A stretch of 64,000 nt of DNA from Chiloscyllium plagiosum (GCF_004010195.1 NC_057749.1:10465409-10529408), one strand, 5' to 3'. Positions 39,327 to 52,620 are shown, counted from the first letter of the stretch. Numbers and translations: made by a program. The notes: generated by a model not told the origin, from the sequence alone.

Positions 39327-39525
39327 GCAGAAGGCGGCCGGCAGACCACGCGACCAGCGAGCCCAGGAGATCACGTGCCACAGACGACACCTTCCGATTG
39401 GTCCCAGGTCCCGGAGGGCCTGAGCGTGCCCGGCATCCAGGTGCGGCCGGATAGTGCGCATGCGCGGTGTGCTGGGAGACAGTTAACGGTCTTGCTTCGC
39501 GGGTTGGGAAGGGCGGGAGTGAAAG
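39327..39525 (-). promoter_or_regulatory. CpG-rich putative TERB2 promoter with E-box, CCAAT, NRF1, MYB and E2F motifs
   Basis: Dense non-repeat CpG patch in an AT-rich background; TCACGTG 39371-39377, GATTGG 39396-39401, TGCGCATGCGCG 39455-39466, ACAGTTAACGGT 39479-39490, GGGCGGGAG 39511-39519; abuts the 38827-39326 gap. Confidence 0.7.
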
Positions 39526-41929
39526 GTGCTCACCTGGGCTTGAGGTTGCTTCTGGAGCCTGTACCAAAGTCTCGACGGAATGTGCTTTCATCATCGTTAC
39601 AAAACCTGGGAAAGAGGGAAAAACTTTTTTTTCCCAACAAGAGGTTTGATGCTGGAGGGTGGTCTTTGATTTGCGACGGTCCGACTTAATGAAAGTGATC
39701 CCATGCACAGGTGTAATTTTAAAGACCCGACATAACAACATTTCCTGTACTTCGGAACGGCTCCTTTATGTTTTCCTGCATTGTGTTCCGACTTGCATAC
39801 AAATCCCGATTTGCAAACAGACTCAGGAACGATCAATCCAGGGACTGCCTTGTGTTTCTCAGTAGTACACCAAGTTTACAAGTCACCCAGCTTCAAGTGT
39901 TAGCATCAACAGTTCCAACTGAACATGTTAGTAATGGAAAGGTTGTGGCACCTGAATTGGTCGCTTGGCTTGACATTGTCAACCCCAATTCTTCAAGGAC
40001 TGGAACAACCTCCCACAAGCTATCTGGAACTGTAAGGGTAGTTGAGGCAGACACCTTCATAACATTTAAGAAGGATGTAGAGTGCACTTGCAATGCCAAG
40101 GCTATGGGCCAAGTGCTGGAAATTGGGATAAGAATAATTAGATGGTTGTTTTGGACTGGTGCAGACTTAGAGTCATACAGCGCAGAAACAGACCCTTTGG
40201 TCCAACTTGTCCACGCCAACCAAGTTTCTCAAACTAAACTCTGCCTCTGATAAACATGTTAGGTAACCGACGATGGGAAATGGGACATTGCATTTGAGCA
40301 AGTACTTTGAGCAAACTATTTGAGCAAAACTAATCTGTGGAAATTAAATCTCCAGGAATACATGTGACTAAAGTTCGCAATCCTAGTTCATACAAGTAGT
40401 GAGTCAAGTTACTTTTTGTTATGCTGGAGAATGCGCAACATTGTGCAAAGAATTATGGCCCATAATAAATTTTGCCACAGTTAATAATTTGTTTTCTTTG
40501 ATATAAATGCCTACAAAATCTCTTTATTCCCCAACAGCAAATATAGGTTTATAACATGTTAAATGTTATACATGTACAAATGTCAAGTCTGACAGGTGGA
40601 CTTTCATATCACAAAATATTTTTGAAAGCAACACATGGAATCTTTTTTATATATTCCTTTGCCAAAATTGCACCTTGTTGAAGGTAAAAGTAATACGAGA
40701 GAGACCGTTCCCAAGCTAATTATGCAACAGGACTTTATGCTTTTAACAATGTTTTCGCTATTAATCCATTTCCATTTTTAAACATTTTGTGGGATTACTA
40801 CCATTAGAGTTCTTGAAGATTGACAGCTGTTTCATAATAAAGGAAAATATTCGTTAAATGTCTTATTTTAGTCCGATAAAAGTAGTTCACATGCAGAAAA
40901 TCTGAATAAAAGCAAAGTGCTGGCAGCATTCGTGAAGAGAGAAATAGAGTTAACATTTCAAACCTGATATCATTTCTTCTAAACTGATGGAAAATAGTGC
41001 TTTTTAATGCTATTGACAGGGGTGGAAGAGCAAATGGGAAGATCGTGAGGATGCCAGAACGAAAGGGAAAAGAGTGTTATTGGGGTAAAGGAGTGATAGA
41101 GATGTAAAATGGGTATAATTGATAGGAATGAAAAGTAGAAAATAGGTCCATTCACCTGACAATAAAGCAACAAAACAGAAGCAGTACATAACGGAGGATG
41201 AAATAGCGGTAGTTGTAATCAAAATGAGAGATAGAGTCATGTTCTGAAGTAATTGTATGCAGTATTGAGTCCTAGAGTTTGTAATGTGCCTCAGCAGAAA
41301 ATTAGGTGTCTTTCAATTCTGACCATCTCAGATCAGTCAGCTGTCTATGCACAATCTTAGTGGATGGTCAGAACACAGTTATTTTTCGAAGCTTTTAATG
41401 CTGGTAACCTCTTTTTACTCATCGCTGTTTCCTACTAATAGCTTTAATGATCCTTGATAAGAAAGCTCCTTTTATTAGTGGACAGTGTGCCATCTCAATT
41501 TAGCAACAAGAGGACAACCAGTCAGCCCAACACAATTTAGTTATTTATGTAATAGTACTTGACATTGCAAAATCTTCCAATGTGTTTCCCATAGGAGGCA
41601 TTCAGACACTGAGAAGCAATTTGGAGAGATCAGGAAAGTAGCCAAAGGTGTGGTCAAATGTAGGTTACAAGAAAGCTTTTGAAATTAAGCAGTGTTTGCA
41701 AGGTTGAGGTATTTCAAAAAGGAAATCCTGTCCATGGCAGTCATTCTTGATGAGTCTGCTGTTGAACAGAGAGACAGCATGAGAAAGTAAAAATTGCTTT
41801 ATTGTAGGTCCAGTTTTACTGTTGAAACCTCTCATGTTAATGAGTGAATATTTACTTGTATAGGTTTAAGAGTTGAGTTGGTATGCATTAAGTGTCCTAG
41901 TCTCAAGGTAAATACTAGGGCATTTTGAG

Positions 41930-43815
41930 ATCAAGAATGAAGTGGTGTAGGATTTCTTGAAGAGCATTAAGGTAGCTAAGTCCCCAGGCCCAATGGTATC
42001 TACCCCAAGTTATTGAGAAAACCAAGAGAGGAGATTGCTAGGGCCTTGAGCAAGATCTTTGTATCCTTGCTCGCCACTGGAGGACTGGTGAGTAGCTAAT
42101 GTTGTTCTTCTGTACAAGAAGAGAAATATGGATAATCCAGGAAACTATAGACCAGTAAGTCTCGCAACGCTGGTTGGGAAGCTACTGGAGAGAATTCTTA
42201 GGGATAGGACTTACGCACATTTAAAAGAGCATGGCCTAATTAGGGACAGTCAGCATGGCTTTGTGCATGGCAGGGAATGTCTAACTAACTTGACTTTGTT
42301 TTGTTTGCTTTTCCATCTTTGGGCCATCTTCTGGGTCCCTCACATCCCCATTCACGAAGAGGCACTGACTGCTGGCTCAGTTTCCCAATTCTGTAATCTA
42401 CAAAGAGATGTCATCGGCCAGGAAAGGAAAAGGAGAGAAATAATTGCTGTTACCGGCACCCGCATGTGCTAATCTTTGATAAGCAGTCGCCAGTGTTTCT
42501 CTTTTGAATACAAGTCGAAAACAAGTCTCGAAGTCTCTAGCATATTTCAATTGGGTAGCTACCACTTCTTAGTCTTTCTCACTGCCCAGGTACATTTAGT
42601 CTTTTTCACGATCTTATCTCAACCTTTCAGTAGTCTTTGCTCAGCTGGAGCCACTGGCCAGACAGTCTGTACACTTCTGTCCCCCCCCCCCCCCCCCCCC
42701 ACCCTGTGAGGGATGCACTAGGCCACAGTCCCCCTTTTACCAAGGACTATATTCTCCTTTATTTTCTCAGATCCCATATTAATTGGTATCCTGCCTGACG
42801 ACGCCAGATTCTGTTGAAGGAATTACTTAGTCTGAGACTTTGAGTCTTGTTTCAAGGAGCTGTATTTTTTGTGAATTCACAGAAAAGCAACTACAGCTGT
42901 CACTGTCTCACAGCACTCTTGAACAGAACAGGCAGCCTATACTTATACAACGATACAAACAACTTTGTTTAGATTCTGCACTTTACAATAATTCAAGATA
43001 AAGATAAGCACTGTGCAGCTATCACCATTATTCTGCTCTTTATTTTGCTCAAGGACAGAGAAACTAACGAGCTAAAGATGCATTCCCTCCAATGATCTTA
43101 AGATATACTCCCTATATTTTGTCAAACTATAATTACACAACCTCATTCTTTATCTCTAGCAGCATTTTATCACTAAAGCTGAGAGCCAAGATACCTTTTA
43201 CCTTGGTCAAATAGCATACTGCTGCATGATGGGTTAAGTTTTTACTACTTTCACACTTTATAAGAATTTGGTTAGGCCATATTTATGAGTATTGCTTTCA
43301 ATTCTGGTGGCCACATTACAGGAAGGATGTGGAGGTTTTAGAGAGGGTGCAGAAGAGGTTTACCAGGATGCTGCCTGGATTAGAGACGATGAACTATAAG
43401 GAGAGGCTAGAAAAACCCAGGCTGTTTCCTCTTGAGCAGCGGAAGCTGAGGGGAAACTTTATAGAAATCTGTAAAATTATGAGATGCATAGATAGGGTTG
43501 ACGGTCAGAATCCTTTCCCCAGAGTTGAAATGTCTAATACGAGGGGGCATGAATTTCAGGTGAAAGGAGAGAAAGTTCAAATGAGTGAGGGGCAAGTTTT
43601 TTGCACAGAGAGTGATAGGAGTGTGGAATACAGCCAGGGTTAGTGGTGGAGTCAGATACCAGAAGGGTATTCAAGGGACTTTTACACAAGTACATGAATA
43701 TGCAAGGAATGGAGGGATACGGAGCAAGAGCAGGTTGAAGGAATTTATTTAATTTGGCACATCATGGGCCGAAGGCCCATTCCTGTGTTTTACTGTTCTA
43801 TGTTCCACATTCTAA
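41930..43815 (+). mobile_element. CR1 LINE in two pieces (41930-42295 and 43255-43815) flanking an unrelated ~1 kb segment
   Basis: DNPGNYRPVSL...SQHGFVHGRECLTNL; LERVQKRFTRMLPGL; CR1 3' tail. Confidence 0.8.
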
Positions 43816-44939
43816 ATATAGGTAAAAACCTCAAGAACATACTAAAATTTGATCATTTGTCACTGATTTAGTGCTCCTTAGTAGCTATCTCAGAAATTAA
43901 AGATAGCATCATGACCAAGGTTAATTCTAGCTGTCACTATTTGCACTTGGGCACAAAATAAACGAAAAAAAAAGAATGAATTTTGCACTATTTTTTACAT
44001 TGCTTCTTTGTTACTTTGATCAATTTGAAAGCAGTTTTTGTCTCATTTCAAATGGCTGTACATTGCAATGAGGCAAGTGTAGGGGTTGAGTGGGAATGGA
44101 AGAAAATTGAGATAGGGGAGTGAAGACCAGCAGTAAGATTGTTTATTATTGCAGATTAGCAGTTTATAGTTCTGTGGGAAATAATTTGGGCAATTGTATT
44201 GTCAAGAAAGACTGCCTTCAAACATTGAAGTTGAACAAAGAGCAACATGCAAAGTAAAATCTTCTTGGTAACCTCGGTCATCAACAAAGTTGTTACAGAA
44301 AGATCAGTGCTGAAGTAACTTGGTTTAGATGCCAGATTATTAACTGGATTAACCTTCATACTTTGCTATTGTTGCATTTTAGTTTCATATAATTTTGCAC
44401 TCATTGTAATTGAGATACTCAAAGCTTATTTTTTCTCAGTTTTCTGTTCTACTTGCAATTCTAGAAATTTCTTTGGAAGCACTTGCTCCCAATTTAGCTC
44501 TTTTTTTCTTGAAAAGGGAGGGAATGTCAAAATTATTTGGCACACTTTATCATCACACTTTCTTGGCACAGTTGAGCTCATTGATTCATTTTCCCTCCCT
44601 CTGATTGCATTAGCTGCAAGATGTGAGGTATTGAGAGATATGAAATTTGGCTGTTGCCAATGAAGATTTTAATAGCTATAATTACTATGCAAATAAAGAT
44701 TTTAATATTATAGTATGGAAAATCATTAAAATATTAGACAATGAAAGTGATACAATCAAATTTTTGGCCCTATGGCAAATGTTATGGAGTACATTTCTAA
44801 CTGCATAGAATTACTTAACTCTATCTGGGGTTTACAGGATGCTGCTGCTGAACATAACCTTCTCATGTCTGCAAACAGATGCAGAAGTTAAAATGCAAAA
44901 CAATATGAAAAGCAACAGACTTGCAACCTTTCACCCAGT

Positions 44940-45050
44940 GGGACTACGTCATGCCTTGCTTCCACTAACAGATTAATGTTACTCGTTAACTTTGGGTGAC
45001 GCTGTTATTCAGAAGGGTTAAAACAGTCCTTGAATGTGACATATAAAAAC
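44940..45050 (+). promoter_or_regulatory. CYP11A1 proximal promoter: TATA box, SF-1/NR5A-like site, CRE-like site
   Basis: TATAAAA 45042-45048; AGTCCTTGA 45025-45033 (reverse TCAAGGACT); TACGTCA 44945-44951; ATG lies ~80 nt downstream of TATA. Confidence 0.65.
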
Positions 45051-45124
45051 CAGAGTGAATGGAATAATCAGCAGTAGGACGGAACCACTTGAACCCATTT
45101 AGAACTGTTCGAATCAATGTTATA

Positions 45125-45408
45125 ATGATCAGGGGAAGATTCAGATTCTCTGTATCTGGCAGCATTTATGACCACAAGATTTCCTCTGCCTTTGTAGAGA
45201 ATGGCAGTCAGCTTCACATCCACAGGAATCATTCAGGACCTAGTGAACCGTATACATCTTCTGACCAAACACTCAAATCCTACAATGCGTTACCCGGGGA
45301 ATGGAGGAGCAACTGGGTCAGTGTCTACACATTCTGGAAAAATGGTGGTATCAAAAATATGCACAATCTCATGTTAAGTAACTTCAATAAGTATGGTCCG
45401 ATTTACAG
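45125..45408 (+). CDS. CYP11A1: CYP11A1 (P450scc) exon 1, including mitochondrial targeting peptide
   Basis: MIRGRFRFSVSGS...LPGEWRSNWVSVYTFWKNGGIKNMHNLMLSNFNKYGPIYR; ag|gtatgt donor; closely resembles the recalled stingray P450scc N-terminus. Confidence 0.93.
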
Positions 45409-45854
45409 GTATGTCAACAGCAATCAAACTAATTCGAATTGGAAACGTTTAAGAGGAGCTGTATAAATTCTAAGTAATTTCTGTAAGGTCATACTGTGTA
45501 TAGCATAAGCGAATACAAAATCTGTACAAGATATAAACCAAAGGATACAGCAATGCTTATCAAATTTTGGGGGTGTTCTGGAATCCTATATAGTGTGAAA
45601 TTCTGTGGAATCCCAAACCTACCTCCCTGCTCCCCTTACTTCAGTATGCAAATACAGTGGAAAAGTGGAAGCAAGGTAAGGCACTATTTAAAGCAATGCA
45701 AAATTAAACTTCATGGTTAAATCTTAGTGATAAAATGTTATGCATTGTGTAATGTCAGCATATCACAATTATTTCCTTTTAATTTTAAACAACAAATTTA
45801 TGTTTTAAACCAATACCTGATAATTGGAGCATTGCAACTAGTTAAAAAATTATA

Positions 45855-47065
45855 CTAGTGGTGTGCTTAGTGTCACAGAATTCAGTGCTGGGGTCACAGT
45901 TATTTACATCATATATTAATATCTTGGATGAGGGAAGTGAATGTAGTATCACCAAGTTTGCAAATGCCACAAAAACAGGTGGGAGGACAAAGGGTGAAGG
46001 TGATGCAAAGAGTCTGCAGAAAATATATACAAGTTAAGTCAGTAGGCAAAAACTTGACAGATTAGATTAGATTACTTACAGTGTGGAAACAGGCCCTTCG
46101 GCCCAACAAGTCCACACCNNNNNNNNNNNNNNNNNNNNNNNNNNNNNNNNNNNNNNNNNNNNNNNNNNNNNNNNNNNNNNNNNNNNNNNNNNNNNNNNNN
46201 NNNNNNNNNNNNNNNNNNNNNNNNNNNNNATTGAACCCGGGTCTCTGGCGCTGTGAGGCAGCAGTGCTAACCACTGTGCCACCGTGCTGCCCCAGATGGA
46301 ATGTATTATAGGAAAATGTGAACTTATGCACTTGGCAGGAACGATAGAAGAGCTGAATATTATTTAAATGGAAACACTGCAGAAGGCTGCAGCACAGTGG
46401 ATTTTGCATGTCCTTTTGACAATTTCAAGAAGTTCAACAGGTATCAGAGAAAGCAAATGGAACATCAGTCTTAATGTTTCAGGCAAAGGAGTATAAAAAT
46501 AGGGAGGTCTTGCTAAAACTATACAAGAACTAGTTAGATCTCACCTAGAATCTTACGAACAGTTTTAGTCCCCATATTTACGAAAAGTTGGACTGGCATT
46601 GGATGCCACTGAAGATTCATGTGGTTGATTCCAGGTATGGAGGAATTTTTTTGAGAGGAGAGTTTGAGTAAGTTGGGCATGGACACATTGGAGTTTAAAA
46701 AAATGAGGTGACCTTATTGAAATATAAGATTTTTCGGAAGCTTAATGGGATAGATGCTGAAAGGTTATTTCCACTCATGGAAGAGTCAAAGACCAATGGA
46801 CATCTCAGAGTAAGGGGTTGTCCATTTAAGACAGATGAGGAAAAATTTCTTCCCTCAGAGGGTGGTGAATCTGTGTGATTCTTTACTTCAGGAGGTTGTA
46901 GAGCTGTGTTTTTAAGTATATTCAAGACTGACATGGATTTTTAATAAGTAAGGCAATCAAGTTATGGGCAAAAGGCAGAAAAGTAGAGTTGAGGATTTTC
47001 TGTTCTCATTGAATAACAGAGCAGCCTTGATGTGTCAAATGGCCTACTTCTGCTCCTAAGTCTTA
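45855..47065 (+). mobile_element. Old CR1 LINE containing a minus-strand HE1-like SINE (46060-46293)
   Basis: KFANATKTGG-like motif; CR1 tail; SINE head and (GATTA)n tail around gap 46119-46229. Confidence 0.72.
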
Positions 47066-47099
47066 TTGATCAGATATATTAATTGCTGAAAAGGTATGT

Positions 47100-48330
47100 T
47101 TAATCAACCTGCACAGACAAATTTGGTAGAGTTTTTTTGATGAAGTGACCAGGAAGGTTGAGGAGGGCAGGACGATGGACATAGTATATATGGATTTCGA
47201 TAAGGCCTTTGATGAGGTTCCACATGGTAGGCTGCTCTGGAAGGTTAGGCTGCATGGAATCCAGACCAAACTGGCAAATTGATGACAAAATTGGCTTGAT
47301 GGTAGGAAGCAGAGGGTATTAGTGGATGGATGCTTGTTGGACTGGAAACCTGTGACTAGTGGAGAGCCTCAGGGATCAGTGTTGGGCCTATTACTGTTTG
47401 TTATCCATGTCAATTATTTGGGTGAGAATGTACAAGGCATGATTAGTAAGTTTGCTGATGATACTGAAATAGGTGGTATCGTGGAGTGAGGAAGGTTATC
47501 AGAAATTACAGCAGGACCTTGATCAGCTGGGGAAGTGGGCCGAGAAATGGCAAATGGAGTTTAATATAGATAAGTGTGAGGTCTTCCATTTTGCAAAGTT
47601 AAATCAAGGTGGGAGTTTCATGGTGAATGATAGGTCTTAAGGAGTGTAGTAGAACAGAGGGATCTTGGAGATTACATTCACAGTTCTCGGAAAGTGGATT
47701 CACAGGTAGATCGGGCAGTAAAAAAGGCTTTTGGCACACTGGCCCTCATTAGTCAGGGCACTGAGTACAGAAGTCGGGAAGTTATGGTGCAGTTATACAG
47801 GACGCTGGTGAAGCAGCACTTGGAATATTGTGTTCAGTTTTGGTTACCTTGTTATAGGATGGATGCTATTAACCTGGGAAGAATGCAGAAGAAATTTACA
47901 AGAATGTTGCCAGGACTCAATGGTCTGAGTTATAGGGAGAGGTTGGACAAGATTGGACTTTTTTCTTCAGACTGCAAGAGACAGAGAGGTAACCTTAAAG
48001 AGGCATTTAAGATCATGAGTTGCATGGATAGGGTGAGTGCACTCAGTTTTTTTCCCAGGGTTGGGAATCGAGGACTAGAAGGCATCAGTTTAAGGTTAGA
48101 GGGGAAAAGAATAAAAGGAAACATCTGGATATGTAATGAGTTGCCAGCAGAAGTGTTTGACATGGATACATTATCAATATTTAAAAGGCATTTGGACAAA
48201 TACATGGATAGGAAAGGATTAGAAAGATATGGGCCAAGTGCAGGGAAATGGGGTTAGTATGAGCAGACATTTTAATTGGCATGGACCAGTTTGGGCTGAA
48301 GGGCCTGTCTCAGTGCTGGAGAACTCTATG
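47100..48330 (+). mobile_element. CR1 LINE RT and 3' end
   Basis: YMDFDKAFDEVPH, PQGSVLG, SKFADDT, QHLEYCVQFWLP. Confidence 0.85.
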
Positions 48331-50588
48331 ACATATTGTGACATACCTCTGAGACAGATCATAACTCTCAAAGTAAATTCAATATCCTCTTCTGTCACTG
48401 GTTGTGCTTAGGGCTCCTAATGTTCAATTATAATACCTCTCAATGAGGATGCTGTGTGGATAAGCTACATGGCCCTGATATCTTTCAAACATTGGCAGAG
48501 CTGGACTGCAATGTTACACCTGATCTTTGAAGGCATTTGAATTTAGGATTCCAGAGATTAATCCTACCATGATCTTGATGACAGCTATCCACCTAATTTA
48601 CCTGCTTTTCGAATAAATGATGGTACCTTAGATTATCAAAACCTAAAGGTATCATATGTGCTATTTTAGTCTCTAACACCACTAACCATAGTTCCAGGCT
48701 GCAACATGCATATAAATGTAGGTGTTGCCACAGCAGTTCAATCTCATTGGCAGCCAATCAATTCAGTTGGCTATATGCCCTGCGGAACAGATTAATGGCA
48801 ACAACTCAATTCCTGGTTCTGGCTGGAAAGAACTCAAGACTTACCTCACTGTTCTGACTGTAGATTGGACCAGCCTTCAGGCAGAAAACTGAAAAAGAAA
48901 TCTAGCTGCTACCAGGATAAAGGGGCATTTTTGTACACAGTGTGCTTGGAGTTTCACAGCAGTTGAAAGCTAATAAAGTGGAGCTGCCTTCTGCCCATGA
49001 AAATCATGGAATTGGGCAAAGGAGCATACGCCCCTGTGCATCACTTCAGTAATGTTCTGGATGTTCAAGTAATCTGCCACGAAATACAAAGCTTGGTGGT
49101 GCTGGCTGCTGCAGTGAAGGGATTAGTTTTAGTAATCAGCTTGTCATCTATTTTGTGCAACTTTGCAATGCTGGTGATGAAATCTGTGATCTGAAAGAAA
49201 CAACTTCATTTCTGGGAACCTCTCTATTGATTGAGATAACATTTCTGTGATTAAATGGTCATTTGAGAGTGTAGAATTTGAGTATTACTAACAAAAGCCA
49301 CATTTTGTTGAAGCTTTTTTTCTGTCTTGCACTCAGCAGGACAATTCACAAGAATATCAATTCAAGGGGAAAACCAACATTCATACTGCAAAAAAGGAGA
49401 GTGCTGAGTGATTGTCAAGTGGACTTTGGTAGAGATATTGCCATGAAGAATGTGTCAGTTTGATGACTGGCAGTTAGCTGGCAGGTTTTGTTTAAGTTTT
49501 AAACCATGCACGTTGGCAAGGGCACTGCCCTGAGAAATGAACCAGCAATAGGCTTTCACCTTTTTGTTGCATTGAAAGGAGGGAGAGTGTGTTTACATAT
49601 TCTGTCTGCAGAAAAAACAGACCTTGAACATTAATGTATCCTTCACTATATGCAACAATGTCATCCTGTGAGCCCAGTTGACAATCCTAAATTAGTTGTC
49701 AACATAATCCTTTGATACAGAAAGGATTATCCAGCATGACTCCAGAAGTGTAAGCAATGTTATGGACAAAAGGATCTAAAGGATCATCAATAATGTCACA
49801 TTACAAACTTCACAAGACTTAAAATCCTTTATGAATTCAACTTCAGGATTCTTTAGCAGCAGAACTCTGGAGAACAACACTGCAGAAGGATCGGAACCTG
49901 GACGTCCAGAGACAGACCTTGTTGGTTGGAATCATAGCTTAAATTGGACATTAAATTGGTAATGGCTAAGTTGGGTTGTGAGGCTTGCTTACTTGAGGCA
50001 GTCTTATTTTGATTGCCAAATGCAATAAAAATTAATTGTTTAAGTATCCGTTTGAGACATTTCTTAAGAAGTGGCCCAATTAAAAGTAACTTGTGGTCAT
50101 TTACACAACAGAATTATCCAGCAAATATTGTCGAATTGCAGAATTACCTATAATGTTGCTCATGGTGTTGCAAGCTTTGCAAGTGCTGACGGGGTTGGAT
50201 ACAATTAGCACCTTATTTGTTGCACTCGCCCAAAGGAATGTGTTGTTTGATACAGTCCACCAGTGATTGGAACAAGTGTCCCACATATCCAGCATCACAT
50301 TGGCATTGAAATTCATATCACATTACTCATGGTGATCGGCAAAACAACTCTTTCACTTGATGTCAGCATATTGTTGGTGGAGAACACCAATCATGATACT
50401 ACGACAAGTAGCATCATGAAACAGCTAGCTTCACCTAATTCCTCCAGCACTTGATACCTTACCCTTCCCACGTAACCTGAAGTAGATCAGACACTTTTAA
50501 ATACCAAGCAAGATTGCTCAAGTGCCTTTCATGAGTTTGTACTATACACAATGAGAAATGATCTCATCAAGGGTACCTTTTATCCCAC

Positions 50589-51057
50589 TGTGGGGATAGG
50601 ATGAATTATGCAGTGGCTGATTTGCTCGTAACAGTCCAATTTAGGGGAAAAGTAAATCGCACAACACAAACCTTGAGTTATTGATGGTTTATTCGTGAAC
50701 TCACGAGACAGGTTGACCAAATGGTCATAAGTTACTCCAACGGGATACAGAGAGTTGTGTGGTTATATAGGTTACAATCATTTAACAATTAATAAACTGA
50801 GCAAGTTAAGCACTTTGCCCAGTCACTAGCCTCAGTCACGTAGTTTCTGGATAATGTTGGTTAGTAGACAATAAGTTTTTGTAAAAAGATTCCCATTATG
50901 GGAAAGAATTCATTCAAAAGGTATCAGTATGGCTGCAAGGCCAACCACCTCACTGAGCCTGGGAAAGTACAAACATAGCAAGCAGACACAGATTCAGAAT
51001 GGTTTCCAGGCTATTAGATGTGACAAGATGGCTGCTTCAGATCTAACAAATCTCTCA
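50589..51057 (-). repeat. ERV 3' LTR (uninterrupted, ~470 bp)
   Basis: Aligns end to end with 59369-60515 once two insertions are removed; preceded on the minus strand by purine tract AGACAAGAAAAGGGAAGGAA (51059-51078). Confidence 0.9.
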
Positions 51058-51289
51058 ATTCCTTCCCTTTCTTGTCTCACCAAATCAGGACGGCAGATCA
51101 GAGGAACTGGCAAAAGGAGGGACATAACCACACCCAGGAGGGTTGTCGGGCGGTGGGGGTTTAAGAGTCGTCCAGGTAACTGTCAGAGTCAAGGTCACCA
51201 GGCTCAAGACAGTAGGAGTCAATGAAGTTATCCACTGGTGGGGGAACCTCCAAAACAGGAAGCTGTACAAGCTAGGAAGAAGCAAGGGT

Positions 51290-52620
51290 ATTCGGCATCA
51301 GTAGGGAGCCGAAACAGCCACAGCATTGTTTCAGGAAAATAATAAGAGAGCACAAAACAAAAACAGCACTGAGAACCACAAGGCCCTGGAGTGTAGAAGC
51401 CCAAGAGCCAAGCAACCTACCCATCCAAATCCAAAGATCCCAATAGGGGATAGTGCCATGGAGAGAGGAGGCCAACAATGCGAATATGGGCAGCAATGTT
51501 CATAATGTTCTCACGAGAGGAAGGGATGCAGGTACAACAGTCAGAGCCAATAAGAGCACAAGTGCTTCCTTTCTTGGCCAAGAGGTAGTTGAGAGCCATG
51601 CGATTTGAGAGCAATGGTATGGACAGTGACCATCTGTGCATTGAGCAGGTCAAAGGCTGAAGATGTAGCATTAGTAATCTCTTCCAGAGTGATTGCAATA
51701 TGGTGAATCTCAACCTCAAGCTGGAGGGTGGCATAGGGAAGGGAGAAGATAGTTAAAAGATGCTGAAAGGTAGTAAGTGCACTCTTGGTAAGAGGTTTTG
51801 ACATCTCGAAAGGTGAAGTGTGACAGTGGTAAAGGAAAGGGACAACATAACCTAAAAAACAGCCGCCAGTCCAGGAGGTAGGCAGCCAGGGGTCGGATTT
51901 TTGGCCACAAAATGAAGTGAGTGCCATTGAAGGCCAATAAATGATTGCATTGGGTTCCAGTCCAAAAGGTGGTAAAAGAATTGATGGAAGTCTTGTTGGC
52001 AAGTGAGATTAAGTATGCTTCCATCTGCAGTGGACCGGTAAGCAGATGAAGAATGGAGGATGGCGTGAAAGCATTTATTGAAACCAGGTTGCAATCCTGA
52101 AGGATGTTTGCTTTTAATGCAAATACTTCCTAGGGGTGTAGTCATGGCTGTGACATAGGTGAGGAACAGGGGTGGAGGTGTGAGAGAGATTGTAGTGAGG
52201 CTGGAACCAGCTTTTAAATGTGTCCTTCTTATATCCCGCTGATCGCCAGCGGAGGCGGGAGTTCTCCCCATAAGAGGGTGGGGCGGTTATCAGCTACAGG
52301 AAGCTAGGGAGGGATGTGAAAAGATGCTACAGCAGCAGAACGACCCTGATGTAGCCACCATTCAGCAGTGTCGGACTTGTTAAAAGGAACGGCTCAAGGG
52401 AACCCCACCTTTAGAATGGAAAAGAACGTGCACAAACTCAGCAGGTAGAGTGGTTGACCTTCTGTGCATAAAGATGTGTCATATAAAGGAAGGTGTTGAA
52501 ATGCAAGTCTTTGTTCAAGGACACCAGATTATACAGAAGGCCCCAGCCAAATACATGCAATTACAGAAAAATAAGCAAAAACAACATAAGTGTAATAGCA
52601 ATCATGCTGAGCCATCTGCA
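51290..52620 (-). pseudogene. ERV env remnant, gamma-type SU/TM
   Basis: C-*(W)-V-C CXXC motif at 52432-52443; immunosuppressive domain plus CX6CC (LSNRMALNYLLAKKGSTCALIGSDCCTCIP, ~51525-51615); transmembrane helix GLVVLSAVFVLCSLIIF. Confidence 0.88.

Noticed and set aside
39534..39595. Minus-strand MMKAHSVETLVQAPEATSSP followed by a gtgag donor
   Set aside because: No recognisable homology, and it lies upstream of the promoter motif cluster; at most a minor non-coding exon, which cannot be supported without RNA data.
38633..39741. Long 222-329 aa ORFs in the track
   Set aside because: They read through the 500-N gap and the Penelope palindrome; artefacts.
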